Positions 22,229-31,785 of a DNA stretch of 64,000 nt are shown in pieces; within the stretch, counting starts at the first letter, position 1; each line of letters begins with the position of its first letter. Position numbers and translations under genes: made by a program. This DNA comes from an uncultured Acidobacteriota bacterium (GTDB lineage: Bacteria; Acidobacteriota; Blastocatellia; RBC074), in the NCBI GenBank assembly GCA_963794955.1, contig CAWCGF010000003.1, positions 262,350 through 326,349 of the forward strand, written 5' to 3'. The notes beneath the pieces are model-generated. The model searched no databases. It saw nothing but the letters and a program-made list of their open reading frames with translations, and was not told the origin of the DNA.

Positions 22229-22252
22229 TGCAATCAAAGAATGCTGATTGCA
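22229..22252. promoter_or_regulatory. Palindromic operator candidate upstream of the RHH gene
   Basis: tgcaatca-N8-tgattgca, perfect 8-bp inverted repeat. Confidence 0.5.
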
Positions 22253-22298
22253 CGTAGATATTACGCAGATGTTCAGTGAAAATACAACACGGAAAACT

Positions 22299-23828
22299 AT
22301 GAAACGCCGCGAATTTCTCTCTCGAACCGCAATGGTTGGCAGCGGGCTTATGCTTGCACCTTCGATTATTACGGCTGACAGCCTGCGTCCACAAATCCCG
22401 TGCGGCGTGCAAAGTGGGGACATCACTAACAACAGCGCGATGATTTGGAGTCGCAGCGACCGAGCAGCACGCCTGATGGTGGAATATGCGACGACGGAAT
22501 CGTTCACGAACTCGCAAAAAATCAGCGGCCCGGCAGCGCTCGAAAACAGCGACTTCACGGCGCGCTTGGATTTACAAAACCTGCCTGCCGGGCAGCGCAT
22601 TTTCTATCGCGTGAGTTTTCAGGACTTGGGCAACAGCAAAGTGTTCAGCGAACCTGTAACAGGCTCCTTTCGCACCGCGCCCCCGCCCGCCCGCGATGTT
22701 TCGTTCGTCTGGGGCGGCGATGTGTGTGGGCAAGGCTGGGGCATCAATCCTGATTTTGGCGGCATGAAAATCTATGACGCAATGCACCGAATGCAACCGG
22801 ATTTCTTCATTCATTCCGGCGATACAATTTATGCTGACGGCGTGATTTTGCCGGAGGTGAAACTGGATAACGGCACGATTTGGAAAAACCTGACGACCCC
22901 CGAAAAATCCAAAGTCGCCGAAACGCTCGACGAATTTCGCGGCGCGCATCGTTACAACTTGCTGGATGAAAACTTCTGTCGCTTCAATGCCGAAGTGCCA
23001 ATGCTGGCGCAGTGGGACGATCACGAAGTGCGCAACAATTGGTATCCTGGTCAAATCCTGGATGATCCGAAATATTCGGTGAAAAGTATTGATCTGTTGG
23101 CAGCACGTGGGCGGCGCGCGTGGCTGGATTACATGCCGATGCGCTTTGATCCGCTTGATCCTGAGCGGGTTTATCGGGCGTACCATTACGGCCCGCTCGT
23201 GGATGTGGTGATGTTGGATGAACGCAGCTATCGCGGTCGTAATACGCCGAACAATCAATCTGCGCCGAACGACGACACAAAATTCCTTGGCAGCGCACAG
23301 CTTGAATGGATCAAGCAACGATTGCTGCATTCAAAGGCCACGTGGAAAGTGATTGCCAGCGATATGCCGATTGGCATTATCGTGAAGGATGGCCGAACCG
23401 ATTACGAATCGTTTGCGAACGGCAACGGCCCCGCGCTCGGACGCGAATTAGAACTGGCGGAATTGCTGCGTTTCATCAAGCAGCGCAAGATCAAAAACGT
23501 CGTGTGGATTACGGCGGATGTGCATTATTGCGCGGCGCATTACTACCATCCGGCGAAAGCGCAATTCACCGACTTCGCCCCGTTTTGGGAATTCGTCGCC
23601 GGGCCGCTGAATGCGGGTACGTTTGGCCCCGGCGAGATGGACAACACGTTTGGCCCGGAAGTGAAATTCGTTGGTATTCCCAAGGGCATGAAAGCCAATC
23701 GCTCACCGCAAGATGGCTTCCAGTTTTTCGGCGCGATTAAAATTGACGGCAAAACCAAAGCAATGACGGTCAGCTTGCACAACATTGAAGGTAAGAAGTT
23801 GTACTCCATAGACCTCCCGAACAACTAA
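22299..23828 (+). CDS. phoD: Alkaline phosphatase D family (Tat-exported)
   Basis: MKRREFL Tat signal; GVQSGD, FFIHSGDTIYAD, WDDHEV, LDERSYR, WITADVHY, WEFVAGP. Confidence 0.92.
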   Translation: MKRREFLSRTAMVGSGLMLAPSIITADSLRPQIPCGVQSGDITNNSAMIWSRSDRAARLMVEYATTESFTNSQKISGPAALENSDFTARLDLQNLPAGQRIFYRVSFQDLGNSKVFSEPVTGSFRTAPPPARDVSFVWGGDVCGQGWGINPDFGGMKIYDAMHRMQPDFFIHSGDTIYADGVILPEVKLDNGTIWKNLTTPEKSKVAETLDEFRGAHRYNLLDENFCRFNAEVPMLAQWDDHEVRNNWYPGQILDDPKYSVKSIDLLAARGRRAWLDYMPMRFDPLDPERVYRAYHYGPLVDVVMLDERSYRGRNTPNNQSAPNDDTKFLGSAQLEWIKQRLLHSKATWKVIASDMPIGIIVKDGRTDYESFANGNGPALGRELELAELLRFIKQRKIKNVVWITADVHYCAAHYYHPAKAQFTDFAPFWEFVAGPLNAGTFGPGEMDNTFGPEVKFVGIPKGMKANRSPQDGFQFFGAIKIDGKTKAMTVSLHNIEGKKLYSIDLPNN

Positions 23829-23839
23829 AAGGAATTCTT

Positions 23840-24601
23840 ATGACCACAGCAACCAAATCCGTTCGTGAACAAGTCTCCGAAGCCGAATGGCAAGCGCGTG
23901 TTGAGTTGGCCGCGCTGTATCGCCTGACCGCGTTGTACAAATGGGATGATCTGGTCTTTACGCATATTTCGATGCGCGTGCCGGGGCCAGAACATCATTT
24001 TCTGATCAATCCGTATGGTTTTCTGTTTGAAGAAATCACCGCATCCAGTTTGGTGAAAATTGATTTGCACGGCAACAAGGTGATGGATTCGCCGCACCCG
24101 ATCAATCCCGCCGGATTTACGATTCACAGTGCTGTCCACGAAGCACGCGAAGATGCTCACTGTGTCTATCACACGCACACGCTGTCGGGCGTAGCCGTCT
24201 CGGCACAAAAAAACGGCTTGTTGCCAATCTCGCAGTTTTCCTTGTTTCCGTTATCGTCGCTCGGCTATCACAACTACGAAGGCGTGGCGCTGAACGAAGA
24301 CGAAAAGCCGCGGTTAGTCGCTGCTCTCGGCACCAACCGCGTGTTGATTTTGCGCAATCACGGTTTACTGACCGTCGGGCGTAATGCCGCCGAAGCCTTC
24401 CTGGCGATGTACATTCTGGAAGCCGCCTGTCGCACACAAATAATGGCGCAGGCGGGCGGTGAATTGACCATAATCGCCGAACCGATTTTGCGCGGCATTC
24501 AGGCGCAATCTGCGCAGGTGACAAAAGGTTTGGGCGGCGACCTGGTATGGCCTGCATTGTTACGCAAGCTGGATCGCACGGACTCTTCGTACAAAGAATA
24601 G
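23840..24601 (+). CDS. Class II aldolase/adducin family protein
   Basis: FTHIS, FLINPYG, GFTIHSAVH, HTHT, ILRNHG. Confidence 0.9.
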   Translation: MTTATKSVREQVSEAEWQARVELAALYRLTALYKWDDLVFTHISMRVPGPEHHFLINPYGFLFEEITASSLVKIDLHGNKVMDSPHPINPAGFTIHSAVHEAREDAHCVYHTHTLSGVAVSAQKNGLLPISQFSLFPLSSLGYHNYEGVALNEDEKPRLVAALGTNRVLILRNHGLLTVGRNAAEAFLAMYILEAACRTQIMAQAGGELTIIAEPILRGIQAQSAQVTKGLGGDLVWPALLRKLDRTDSSYKE

Positions 24602-24658
24602 CTGTGGCAAGCTGATTAGGCAGAAAAATATCGGTTACGAAAACACCCGTGGGACTGT

Positions 24659-25780
24659 TCATCCCGTAGCTGGGGGTTCCCCCTTGATTCGCTGACGCGA
24701 GAGCTTGTCCAAATCGAATTCAACGCCGTGGCCCGGTCGGTCAGGCGCGAGCGTATAGCCATCCGCAAACTTCATTGGATGTTTCAGGTATTTTTCCAAC
24801 CCGAAGCCGTGCGCTTCGAGATAGGAGGCATTGGGAATCGCCGCCAGCAAATGCACGTGCAAATCGTGTACGCCGTGCGTCGTGACGGGGCGATTGTGTG
24901 CTTCAGCCAGATGCGCGACTTTCAGCCAGGGCGTAATGCCACCGAGGTTAGTGATGTCGGGTTCGGGAAAGGCAATGCCCGCGTCTCCGATCATCTTTTG
25001 AAACTCATAAATTGTGTGTAGGTTTTCGCCTGAAGCAACGGCCACGCGGCCTTCGCGTTCGATGCGGCGATTGCCCGTGATGTCGTCGGGGATCGTCGGC
25101 TCTTCCAGCCAATAGACATCGTATTCAGCAAAGGCGTGCGAAGCGCGGATGGCTTTCTCAACACTCCAAGCCATGTTGGCGTCAGTCATCAACACGATGT
25201 CGGGGCCGACATATTCACGCATTGCCGCGACGCGCTGAATGTCTTCAGCCAGGTTTTCGCGCCCGACTTTCATCTTGATCGCACGAAAGCCGCGTTCGAG
25301 ATTTTGCTGTGTCTGCTGCCGCAATTCATCGAGCGGCATTTGCAAATCAATGCCTCCGGCATACACCTTCACGCGGGGATCGTGTCCACCGAGGAAGCGC
25401 CAGAGCGGTTCGTCAGCAGCGCGCGCCTTGAGGTCCCAGAGCGCAATGTCTACGGCGGCGAGGGCGAATGTGACGAGTCCGCCGCGACCCACGTAATGCA
25501 GATGCCACCACATTTGTTTCCAGAGTTGTTCGATACGGCGCGGGTCTGCGCCGATGAGCAGCGGCGTGAGTTCTTTGGTGATGAGCGAATGAATCGCGGC
25601 TGCGCCTGCGCCTACGGTGTAAGTGTAACCGAGTCCGGTTGCGCCGCTATCCGTTATGATGCGACAGGTCACAAGTTCGAAATGCGGCATTTTTCCGTGC
25701 GTCGAATCAGTCAGCACAAGGGGCAGCGGGATGACATAATGTCCTGTCTCAATAGCTGTAATTTTCATTTGATCAATCAT
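24659..25780 (-). CDS. Mandelate racemase/MLE-family enolase (sugar-acid dehydratase-like)
   Basis: GATGLGYTY, VDIALWDLK, FRAIKMKVG, MTDANM, WLEEP, GEN, TTHG. Confidence 0.88.
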   Translation of the reverse strand: MIDQMKITAIETGHYVIPLPLVLTDSTHGKMPHFELVTCRIITDSGATGLGYTYTVGAGAAAIHSLITKELTPLLIGADPRRIEQLWKQMWWHLHYVGRGGLVTFALAAVDIALWDLKARAADEPLWRFLGGHDPRVKVYAGGIDLQMPLDELRQQTQQNLERGFRAIKMKVGRENLAEDIQRVAAMREYVGPDIVLMTDANMAWSVEKAIRASHAFAEYDVYWLEEPTIPDDITGNRRIEREGRVAVASGENLHTIYEFQKMIGDAGIAFPEPDITNLGGITPWLKVAHLAEAHNRPVTTHGVHDLHVHLLAAIPNASYLEAHGFGLEKYLKHPMKFADGYTLAPDRPGHGVEFDLDKLSRQRIKGEPPATG

Positions 25781-25821
25781 CGCGCGTCTGTCTCTTGCCC
25801 GACAACTCTGGGAAGAAACGT

Positions 25822-25893
25822 TATAGACCTCAAGCAAATCAAAGCAACGCCACCAGGGCTGGGTGCGCCACCCTTATTTGCTTGAGGTCTATA
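25822..25893. repeat. 72-bp MITE/REP-like element with 18-bp perfect terminal inverted repeats
   Basis: tatagacctcaagcaaat (25822-25839) ... atttgcttgaggtctata (25876-25893). Confidence 0.7.
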
Positions 25894-25907
25894 GCTCGCT
25901 CAACGAA

Positions 25908-27215
25908 CTACCAATCCACCACCGATCCATCATCCGGGTCATAAGATTCCTGATTTTTCCAATCGTGACCAAGCTTGTCTTTCATGGCTTCTTCGTCAAG
26001 CTCAATGCCCAGCCCCGGCCCGGTCGGCAAATCAAGATAGCCATCACGAACCTTGAACGGATTCTTGATGTAGCCTTCGCCTAAACTTACTTGCTCTTGG
26101 CACAGGAAGTTCGGAATCGAAGCGGCAATCTGCAAGCCCGCCGCCAATGAAATCGGGCCAAGCGGATTGTGCGGCGCAATCGAGGCGTAATAAGCCTCGG
26201 CCATTTTGGCAATTGCATGAACTTCGCTGATGCCGCCGGCGTGGCACAGGTCGGGTTGCAGGATGATGGCGGCGCGCTTTTCAAGAATTTCGCGGAAGCC
26301 CCATTTGGTAAAGATGCGTTCGCCCGTCGCAATCGGAATATGCGTCGTTTTGGCTAACTCGGCCATGCCGTCTACGTCTTGGCAGTTGATGACTTCTTCG
26401 TAAAAGAAGGGCTGAAACTGTTCGAGTTCTTTCATTAAAATTTTGGCTGTGCCGGGCGGGACAGCGCCGTGAAAATCAATACCGAGATCCCCGTCTTTGC
26501 CGACCAGGGCTTTCAATTCGCCGAATTTGGCGGCGGCGTTTTCGATCCAGGCGCGGTTCTCGACTTGGCGAGCGTTGCGATTGTTGAGCTTGGCCGGGCC
26601 GGTCTTGAAGGCTGTGAACCCTTGCGCCCGTTTTTCTTTGACCAGTTCAGGTGTGCCCGCGTGCGCATAGACGCGGATGCGCTGACGTGTGGGGCCGCCG
26701 AGCAATTCATAAACCGGAACGCCCAGCAGTTTGCCTTTAATGTCCCAGAGCGCCTGGTCAATGCCGCTCAGCGCCGAAGTCAGGATTGGCCCACCGCGAT
26801 AAAAGGCGTGACGATAAATCGCCTGCCAGTGCTGTTGCACGGCGCGCGGGTCTTTGCCGATCAGATAGGACTCGGTCTCCTTGATGGCTGCGGCGCAGGT
26901 CAGCGCGCGGCCTTCGGTAACGGGTTCACCCAGTCCGACGACGCCAACGTTGGTGTGAATTTTCAGGAAAAGCCAGCGCGGCTTAACCAGAAAGGTTTCC
27001 AGTCTGGTGATCTTGACGCTTTCGCGCACTGTGGGGCGTGCTGGTTGCTGTGCGATTTCAGGGACGGGCGCACGCGGTGCGATAATCTCTTCCGCATGCG
27101 CTTCCGTATTGGCAGCGGCATTCATCGCGCCGAGTCCCAGCGTCGCCGCCGCAGTGTTTTTGAGCAACGAGCGGCGTTGCAGGTCGGTGCTGTCTTTCTC
27201 TTTTTTTTCTTGCAT
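25908..27215 (-). CDS. Galactonate dehydratase (DgoD)-like enolase with twin-arginine leader
   Basis: LQRRSLLK leader; PRWLFLKIHT, GLGEP, FYRGGP, SGIDQALWDIKGK, DFHG, FYEE, ATGER, QPD, APHNP. Confidence 0.88.
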   Translation of the reverse strand: MQEKKEKDSTDLQRRSLLKNTAAATLGLGAMNAAANTEAHAEEIIAPRAPVPEIAQQPARPTVRESVKITRLETFLVKPRWLFLKIHTNVGVVGLGEPVTEGRALTCAAAIKETESYLIGKDPRAVQQHWQAIYRHAFYRGGPILTSALSGIDQALWDIKGKLLGVPVYELLGGPTRQRIRVYAHAGTPELVKEKRAQGFTAFKTGPAKLNNRNARQVENRAWIENAAAKFGELKALVGKDGDLGIDFHGAVPPGTAKILMKELEQFQPFFYEEVINCQDVDGMAELAKTTHIPIATGERIFTKWGFREILEKRAAIILQPDLCHAGGISEVHAIAKMAEAYYASIAPHNPLGPISLAAGLQIAASIPNFLCQEQVSLGEGYIKNPFKVRDGYLDLPTGPGLGIELDEEAMKDKLGHDWKNQESYDPDDGSVVDW

Positions 27216-27248
27216 AATTTGTCCTTGTTGGTAAGTCAGAGAGAGTAT

Positions 27249-27330
27249 GGAATACACGGAAAGAACAGAACAAACGGAAATTTTCTTCAACATCTTTCGG
27301 TTTGTTCCGTCATTCCGCGTGTTCCGCGTT
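27249..27330. repeat. Degenerate inverted low-complexity repeat (acacggaa / ttccgt family)
   Basis: ggaatacacggaaagaacagaacaaacggaaa ... tttcggtttgttccgtcattccgcgtgttccgcg. Confidence 0.5.
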
Positions 27331-27331
27331 T

Positions 27332-30300
27332 TCAAAAGACCAGTTTCAAGCCGAATTGAATCTGGCGCGGCGTCCCGACGATGCCCGTGATGGTTCCGGC
27401 ATTGCTGGCCCCGATGGCCGCATTCGGCAAATCGAATTGCGTATGGTTGAAGAGATTGAAAAATTCCGTGCGGAATTGCAGCTTCAATTTTTCAACGAGG
27501 CGGAATTCTTTGAAGACCGAAAAGTCGAAGTTTACGCGTCCCGGCCCGTACAGAATATTACGACCTGAATTGCCATAAGTGAATTGCGCTGGTGTCGTAA
27601 AAGCCGCTGTATCAAACCAACGATCTACGGTTCCATTCGACAACGTGCCATTGCCGATGCGATTGGGACGGCTGCCCGTGCCGGTATTGAGCGGCGATGA
27701 ATTGGCCGTCGGCGTGAAAGGCAACCCGGTTTGGAAGGTGTTGATGCCGTTGATTTGCCAGCCGCCCAGCACGTAATCCACTGGGCCACCCCCGCTGAGC
27801 CACTTCTGGCCTTTGCCGAAGGGCAGTGAGTAATTCCAGGCGATGGTCAGACGATGGCGAATGTCGAACGGCGAATTGCCGCGATCTGCCCGGCGATTGA
27901 GCGGGTCTTGCGGCAACGGGCCGTCAGCGCCGCCGCCAAAGCTCTGCCCCACCGTATCAATCGAATGCCCCCATGTGTAAGAGAGCAAACCGCTCAACCC
28001 ATGCGTCAACCGTTTCTCGGCGCTGAATTGAAAGGCGTGATACGCGGCGAGTCCGTCCGACACCGCCCAGGTCACGTCGGCCAGCGTTGGCCGCACGGCG
28101 AAAAACGGCCTGCGATTGTTGACCGCGCCCGCGCCCGGCACCGCTTGATTGAGGTTGTAGCTCGTGTCCAGATGACGACCCAGATTGCTGACGTAAGAAG
28201 CCTTCAGGAGCAGGGAAGACGGCAGTTCATGCTGCACCGTCAGGTTGAATTGCTGGGCATAACCGGGCTGATAGTTTGGATCAACACCAATGACACTGCC
28301 ACTTGGGGTGTCAGCATTGGCGAGGTTTAGCGCCGGAATCGTTGGGAAGCCATCGCTCACGCGCCGCGTGACAAAAAAGTTGCTGGGCGAAAAACTGTAA
28401 ATTGGCCCGAATGGCACGTGACGTTGCAAGCGCAGCGCATTGCCGCCGTGTCCCGCTGTGTTCCAGAAAATGCCCGCGCCACCGCGCACGACAGTCTTAT
28501 CTCCAAGCTGATAGGCGAAGCCGAAGCGCGGCGCAAAACCTTTTTTGAAGGTATTGACGCCCGCGTATTTGTCTACGCCGTTGCGCCCCGCGACCAGCAC
28601 CGTTGCCGTGCGCGGATCGAAGTTCGCCCAGCGATTTGCCACTTCGCTGTAAGGCGTATCAAGTTCGTAACGCAGGCCCAAGATTCAAGGTCAGCTTTTG
28701 TGTCACGCGCCAATCGTCCGCCACGTAGGCGCTGTATTCCGTCCCGCGAATGCCAACCCAAGCGAGCAGATAATCCTGTTCAATCAGGCTTGGCGCGCCT
28801 AACAGGAACGAGGCCATTGAGTTGCCGCCTGAATTATTAGCCGGATTGTTGGTGATGTTCGGTGAGAAGTTGAAACGACCGTTGCCGCGATTGGTTTGAT
28901 ATTCGGTCAGATGGCGGCGACGCACGTCAAGGCCGGTCTTGATCGTGTGCGCGCTACCCGTGAAGGTCAGGTTGCCCACATATTGATAGGTGTTTTCGCG
29001 CCGCAAAATCGGCAGCGAGCGGCTATGGCCGATGCCCGTGAAATTCGCCGGACTGAAAATCGGCAGCCCATTTTGCTGATCCTGCTGATTCGAATTCGGC
29101 ACGCCGAGCTTGTTGCCGAGCTTATCGCCAGCTTCTACGTCAGCTTGGGTGAAATCAAGTTGGAAGCGCGCATAGCCAGCGCGCAAGTCCAGCAGGATAC
29201 GCGGTGAAAACACATGCACCCAGTTGATAACCGCGTGATGCGCAAGCAGGGTCGAAGTACCCGCGAAGGTATCTTCGTTGCCGATGCCGACGGATTTGCC
29301 TACGCCGGGCAGGTTGACTGCCGGGAAGGTGAACGGATTAGTCGTCGCGGTTTTTGACCACGAATAGCGTGCGAAGAAGTTGTCACGCTCGCTTTGCGTG
29401 TGATCTACGCGCACATCGTATTGATCCCAATCCTGCCTGCGCGTCGGCGACGTGACCAGATTGTTAACCAGGCCCGAAGTCGTTGGCAGCGGATAAGCGT
29501 TAATCAATTTCGCCGTTACCGGGTCCCAGCGATTTTGCGGAATCAGATTGTTGGCGAACTGTTGGCGCGTGAAGGCAGTGCCATTCTGCACTGTGGTCGC
29601 CGGATCGAAGATGCCCGCTGTGATCTCGCTGAAATCGCCCTGTCGCATCTTCAGCGTCGGCACGGTGTTAACGAACACGCGCCCCAGCCGCTGCCGGAAG
29701 CCATCATAATCGCCAAAGAAAAACGTTTTGTTCTTGATGATCGGCCCGCCGAAGGCACCGCCAAATTGGTTCTGGCGGAACGGCGGTTTCTTTTGCCCGG
29801 CGCGATTCGAGAAAAAGTTATTGGCGTCGAGCGCATTGTTGCGCAGGAATTCATACCCTACGCCGTGAAAATCATTGCCGCCAGATTTCGTGACGACGTT
29901 GACCTGCCCACCGGGATTGCGGCCCTGTTCGGCGGAAAAGAGATTGGTCTGAATCTTAAATTCCTTGATGGCCTCGACCGCAGGGCGCACGACAATCGCC
30001 AGCGTCAGGCGGTCGTTGTTGTCTATGCCGTCATAGAGATAGTTATTCGAGCTTTCGCGGTTGCCATTGACGAACAACTCCGTACCGGGCCGCAAATCAT
30101 CAGGCCGCGTGCCGCTCATAATCGTTCCACGCATGCCCGAACCCGCGCCGCTGACGCCCGGACTCAAAATTGCCAGTTGCACGAAGTTGCGCCCATTGAG
30201 CGGCAAGTCCTGCACCTGTCGTTCCTGAATCACGCTGCCAAGGACGGATGATTGACTTTCGAGTAATGGAGGCGCGCCGGTGATTTGCACGGTTTCGCCA

Positions 30301-30647
30301 ACCGCGCCAACCTGCAACTCGAAATCTACCTGCGCGCGTTGATTGACCTGTAACTCGACGCCCGTGCGTTCAACTTTGCGAAAGCCCTGCGCTTCCACTG
30401 TCAGCGAATAGCCGCCTGGTTGCAATGCCGTGAAAACGTAATTGCCCGAATCATCGGTGACGACGCTGCGGCTCACGCCCATCGCCGTGTTGGTTAGTGT
30501 GACCTTGACGCCGCGCACGACCGCGCCGCTGTTGTCGCGCACTGTGCCGACCAAATCCGCCGTAGTGACTTGAGCGCTGGCCGTGACAGCCGAACACACA
30601 AGCAGAAAACTGAATACAAAGAATCGTAACGTTTGCCCATGTCTCAT
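27332..30647 (-). CDS. Acidobacterial-type TonB-dependent receptor with carboxypeptidase-regulatory N-domain (one +1 frameshift near 28677)
   Basis: Signal peptide, DLVGTVRDNSG, LPLNGRNFVQL, SAEQGR, GYEFLRN, LNLG(L)RYE across the shift, C-terminal PRQIQFGLKLVF; AAGGAGG RBS. Confidence 0.92.
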
Positions 30648-30761
30648 TAAATGCCTCCTTAAAATGTGGGGTGGGCTGCCAGCCCGCCCAAAGTGCAGAC
30701 GCGTTGTCTGCTGCGTAAAACAGTAAGCCTTGCAGCTTGCCAAAGTGCTAGCAATAACCTC

Positions 30762-31532
30762 TTAACGTCCCATCCAGCCGCCATCTACTGTCAGTATCGT
30801 GCCGTTGACATAATTCGACGCCGACGAAGCCAGAAAGACGACCGCGCCGCTCAGGTCATCTGGTTCGCCCCATCGTCCGGCGGGGATGCGCGCGAGAATC
30901 GCGGTATTGCGTCCCGCATCCGTTTGTAACGCCACTGTATTGTCCGTCGCGATATAACCTGGCGCGATGGCATTGACCTGTACGCCTTGCCCCGCCCATT
31001 CGTTGGCAAGCGCCATCGTAAGCTGCCCGATTGCGCCTTTGCTGGCGGCGTAACCGGGTACGGTAATGCCGCCCTGAAAGGTCAGCAGCGAGGCCGTGAA
31101 AATGATCTTGCCTGAGCCGCGCGCGACCATCTCTTTGCCCAGTTCGCGGCTCAACACAAATTGCGAATTGAGATTGATCTCCATCACCTTGTCCCAATAT
31201 TCATCGGGGTATTCGGCGGCGGGCTTGCGCAAAATTGTGCCCGCGTTGTTGACCAGAATGTCTATCACCGGGAAATCGGCTTTGACCTGATGGATGAATG
31301 CATATACCGCCGTACGGTTGGCAAAATCACAAGTGTAGCCTTTGAATTTGCGGCCACGACTGATGACTTTGTTTTCTACGCCGCTTCCCGATGCTTCGAG
31401 CGATTGGCTGACACCGATGATGTCGGCTCCGGCTTCGGCGAGCGCAAGCGCCATCGCTTTGCCGATGCCGCGTTTGCAGCCGGTTACTAAAGCGGTTTTT
31501 CCGTCGAGTCTGAATAAATCTAAAATTCCCAA
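30762..31532 (-). CDS. kduD: 2-dehydro-3-deoxy-D-gluconate 5-dehydrogenase-like SDR
   Basis: LFRLDGKTALVTG, DILVNNAG, GKIIFTASLLTFQGGITVPGYAASKG, GRWGEPDDL, VDGGWMGR; start probably TTG 31532. Confidence 0.85.
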   Translation of the reverse strand: MGILDLFRLDGKTALVTGCKRGIGKAMALALAEAGADIIGVSQSLEASGSGVENKVISRGRKFKGYTCDFANRTAVYAFIHQVKADFPVIDILVNNAGTILRKPAAEYPDEYWDKVMEINLNSQFVLSRELGKEMVARGSGKIIFTASLLTFQGGITVPGYAASKGAIGQLTMALANEWAGQGVQVNAIAPGYIATDNTVALQTDAGRNTAILARIPAGRWGEPDDLSGAVVFLASSASNYVNGTILTVDGGWMGR

Positions 31533-31785
31533 AATAAACCTTGCTTTGATCGCGCGCCAAAAACGCCACCTTGACGCCGCGTTGCGCCAAGCTGCCAATG
31601 TCGCGCGCATTTCCTCTTCATTGATCCTCAGGCGTCCGGCGATGATAGAGCTTGCGTCTGTGTGGGTAACTCCACTCCATCCGCGTGAACCGCTTGCGCA
31701 TGCCGCTCTTGCTGTACGTCACTTGAAAGTTTTCATCACGAAGAATAGCGGGACACGCTGAACTCCTTTGGGTTAAATCTTAAGG

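Noticed and set aside
22260-22290. 11-bp-spaced attac/gttca units upstream of phoD as a Pho box
   Set aside because: Only two weak units, and they adjoin the RHH palindrome; not distinguishable from chance.
30665-30690. gtgggctgccagcccgccc half-palindrome upstream of the TonB receptor
   Set aside because: Looks like a single REP-type arm with no partner arm or second copy in the window.
31540-31780. Protein-like fragments (AGRLRINEEEMR / LAQRGVKVAFLARD) upstream of kduD
   Set aside because: May be a gene remnant, but needs frame changes and matches no family I recognise.
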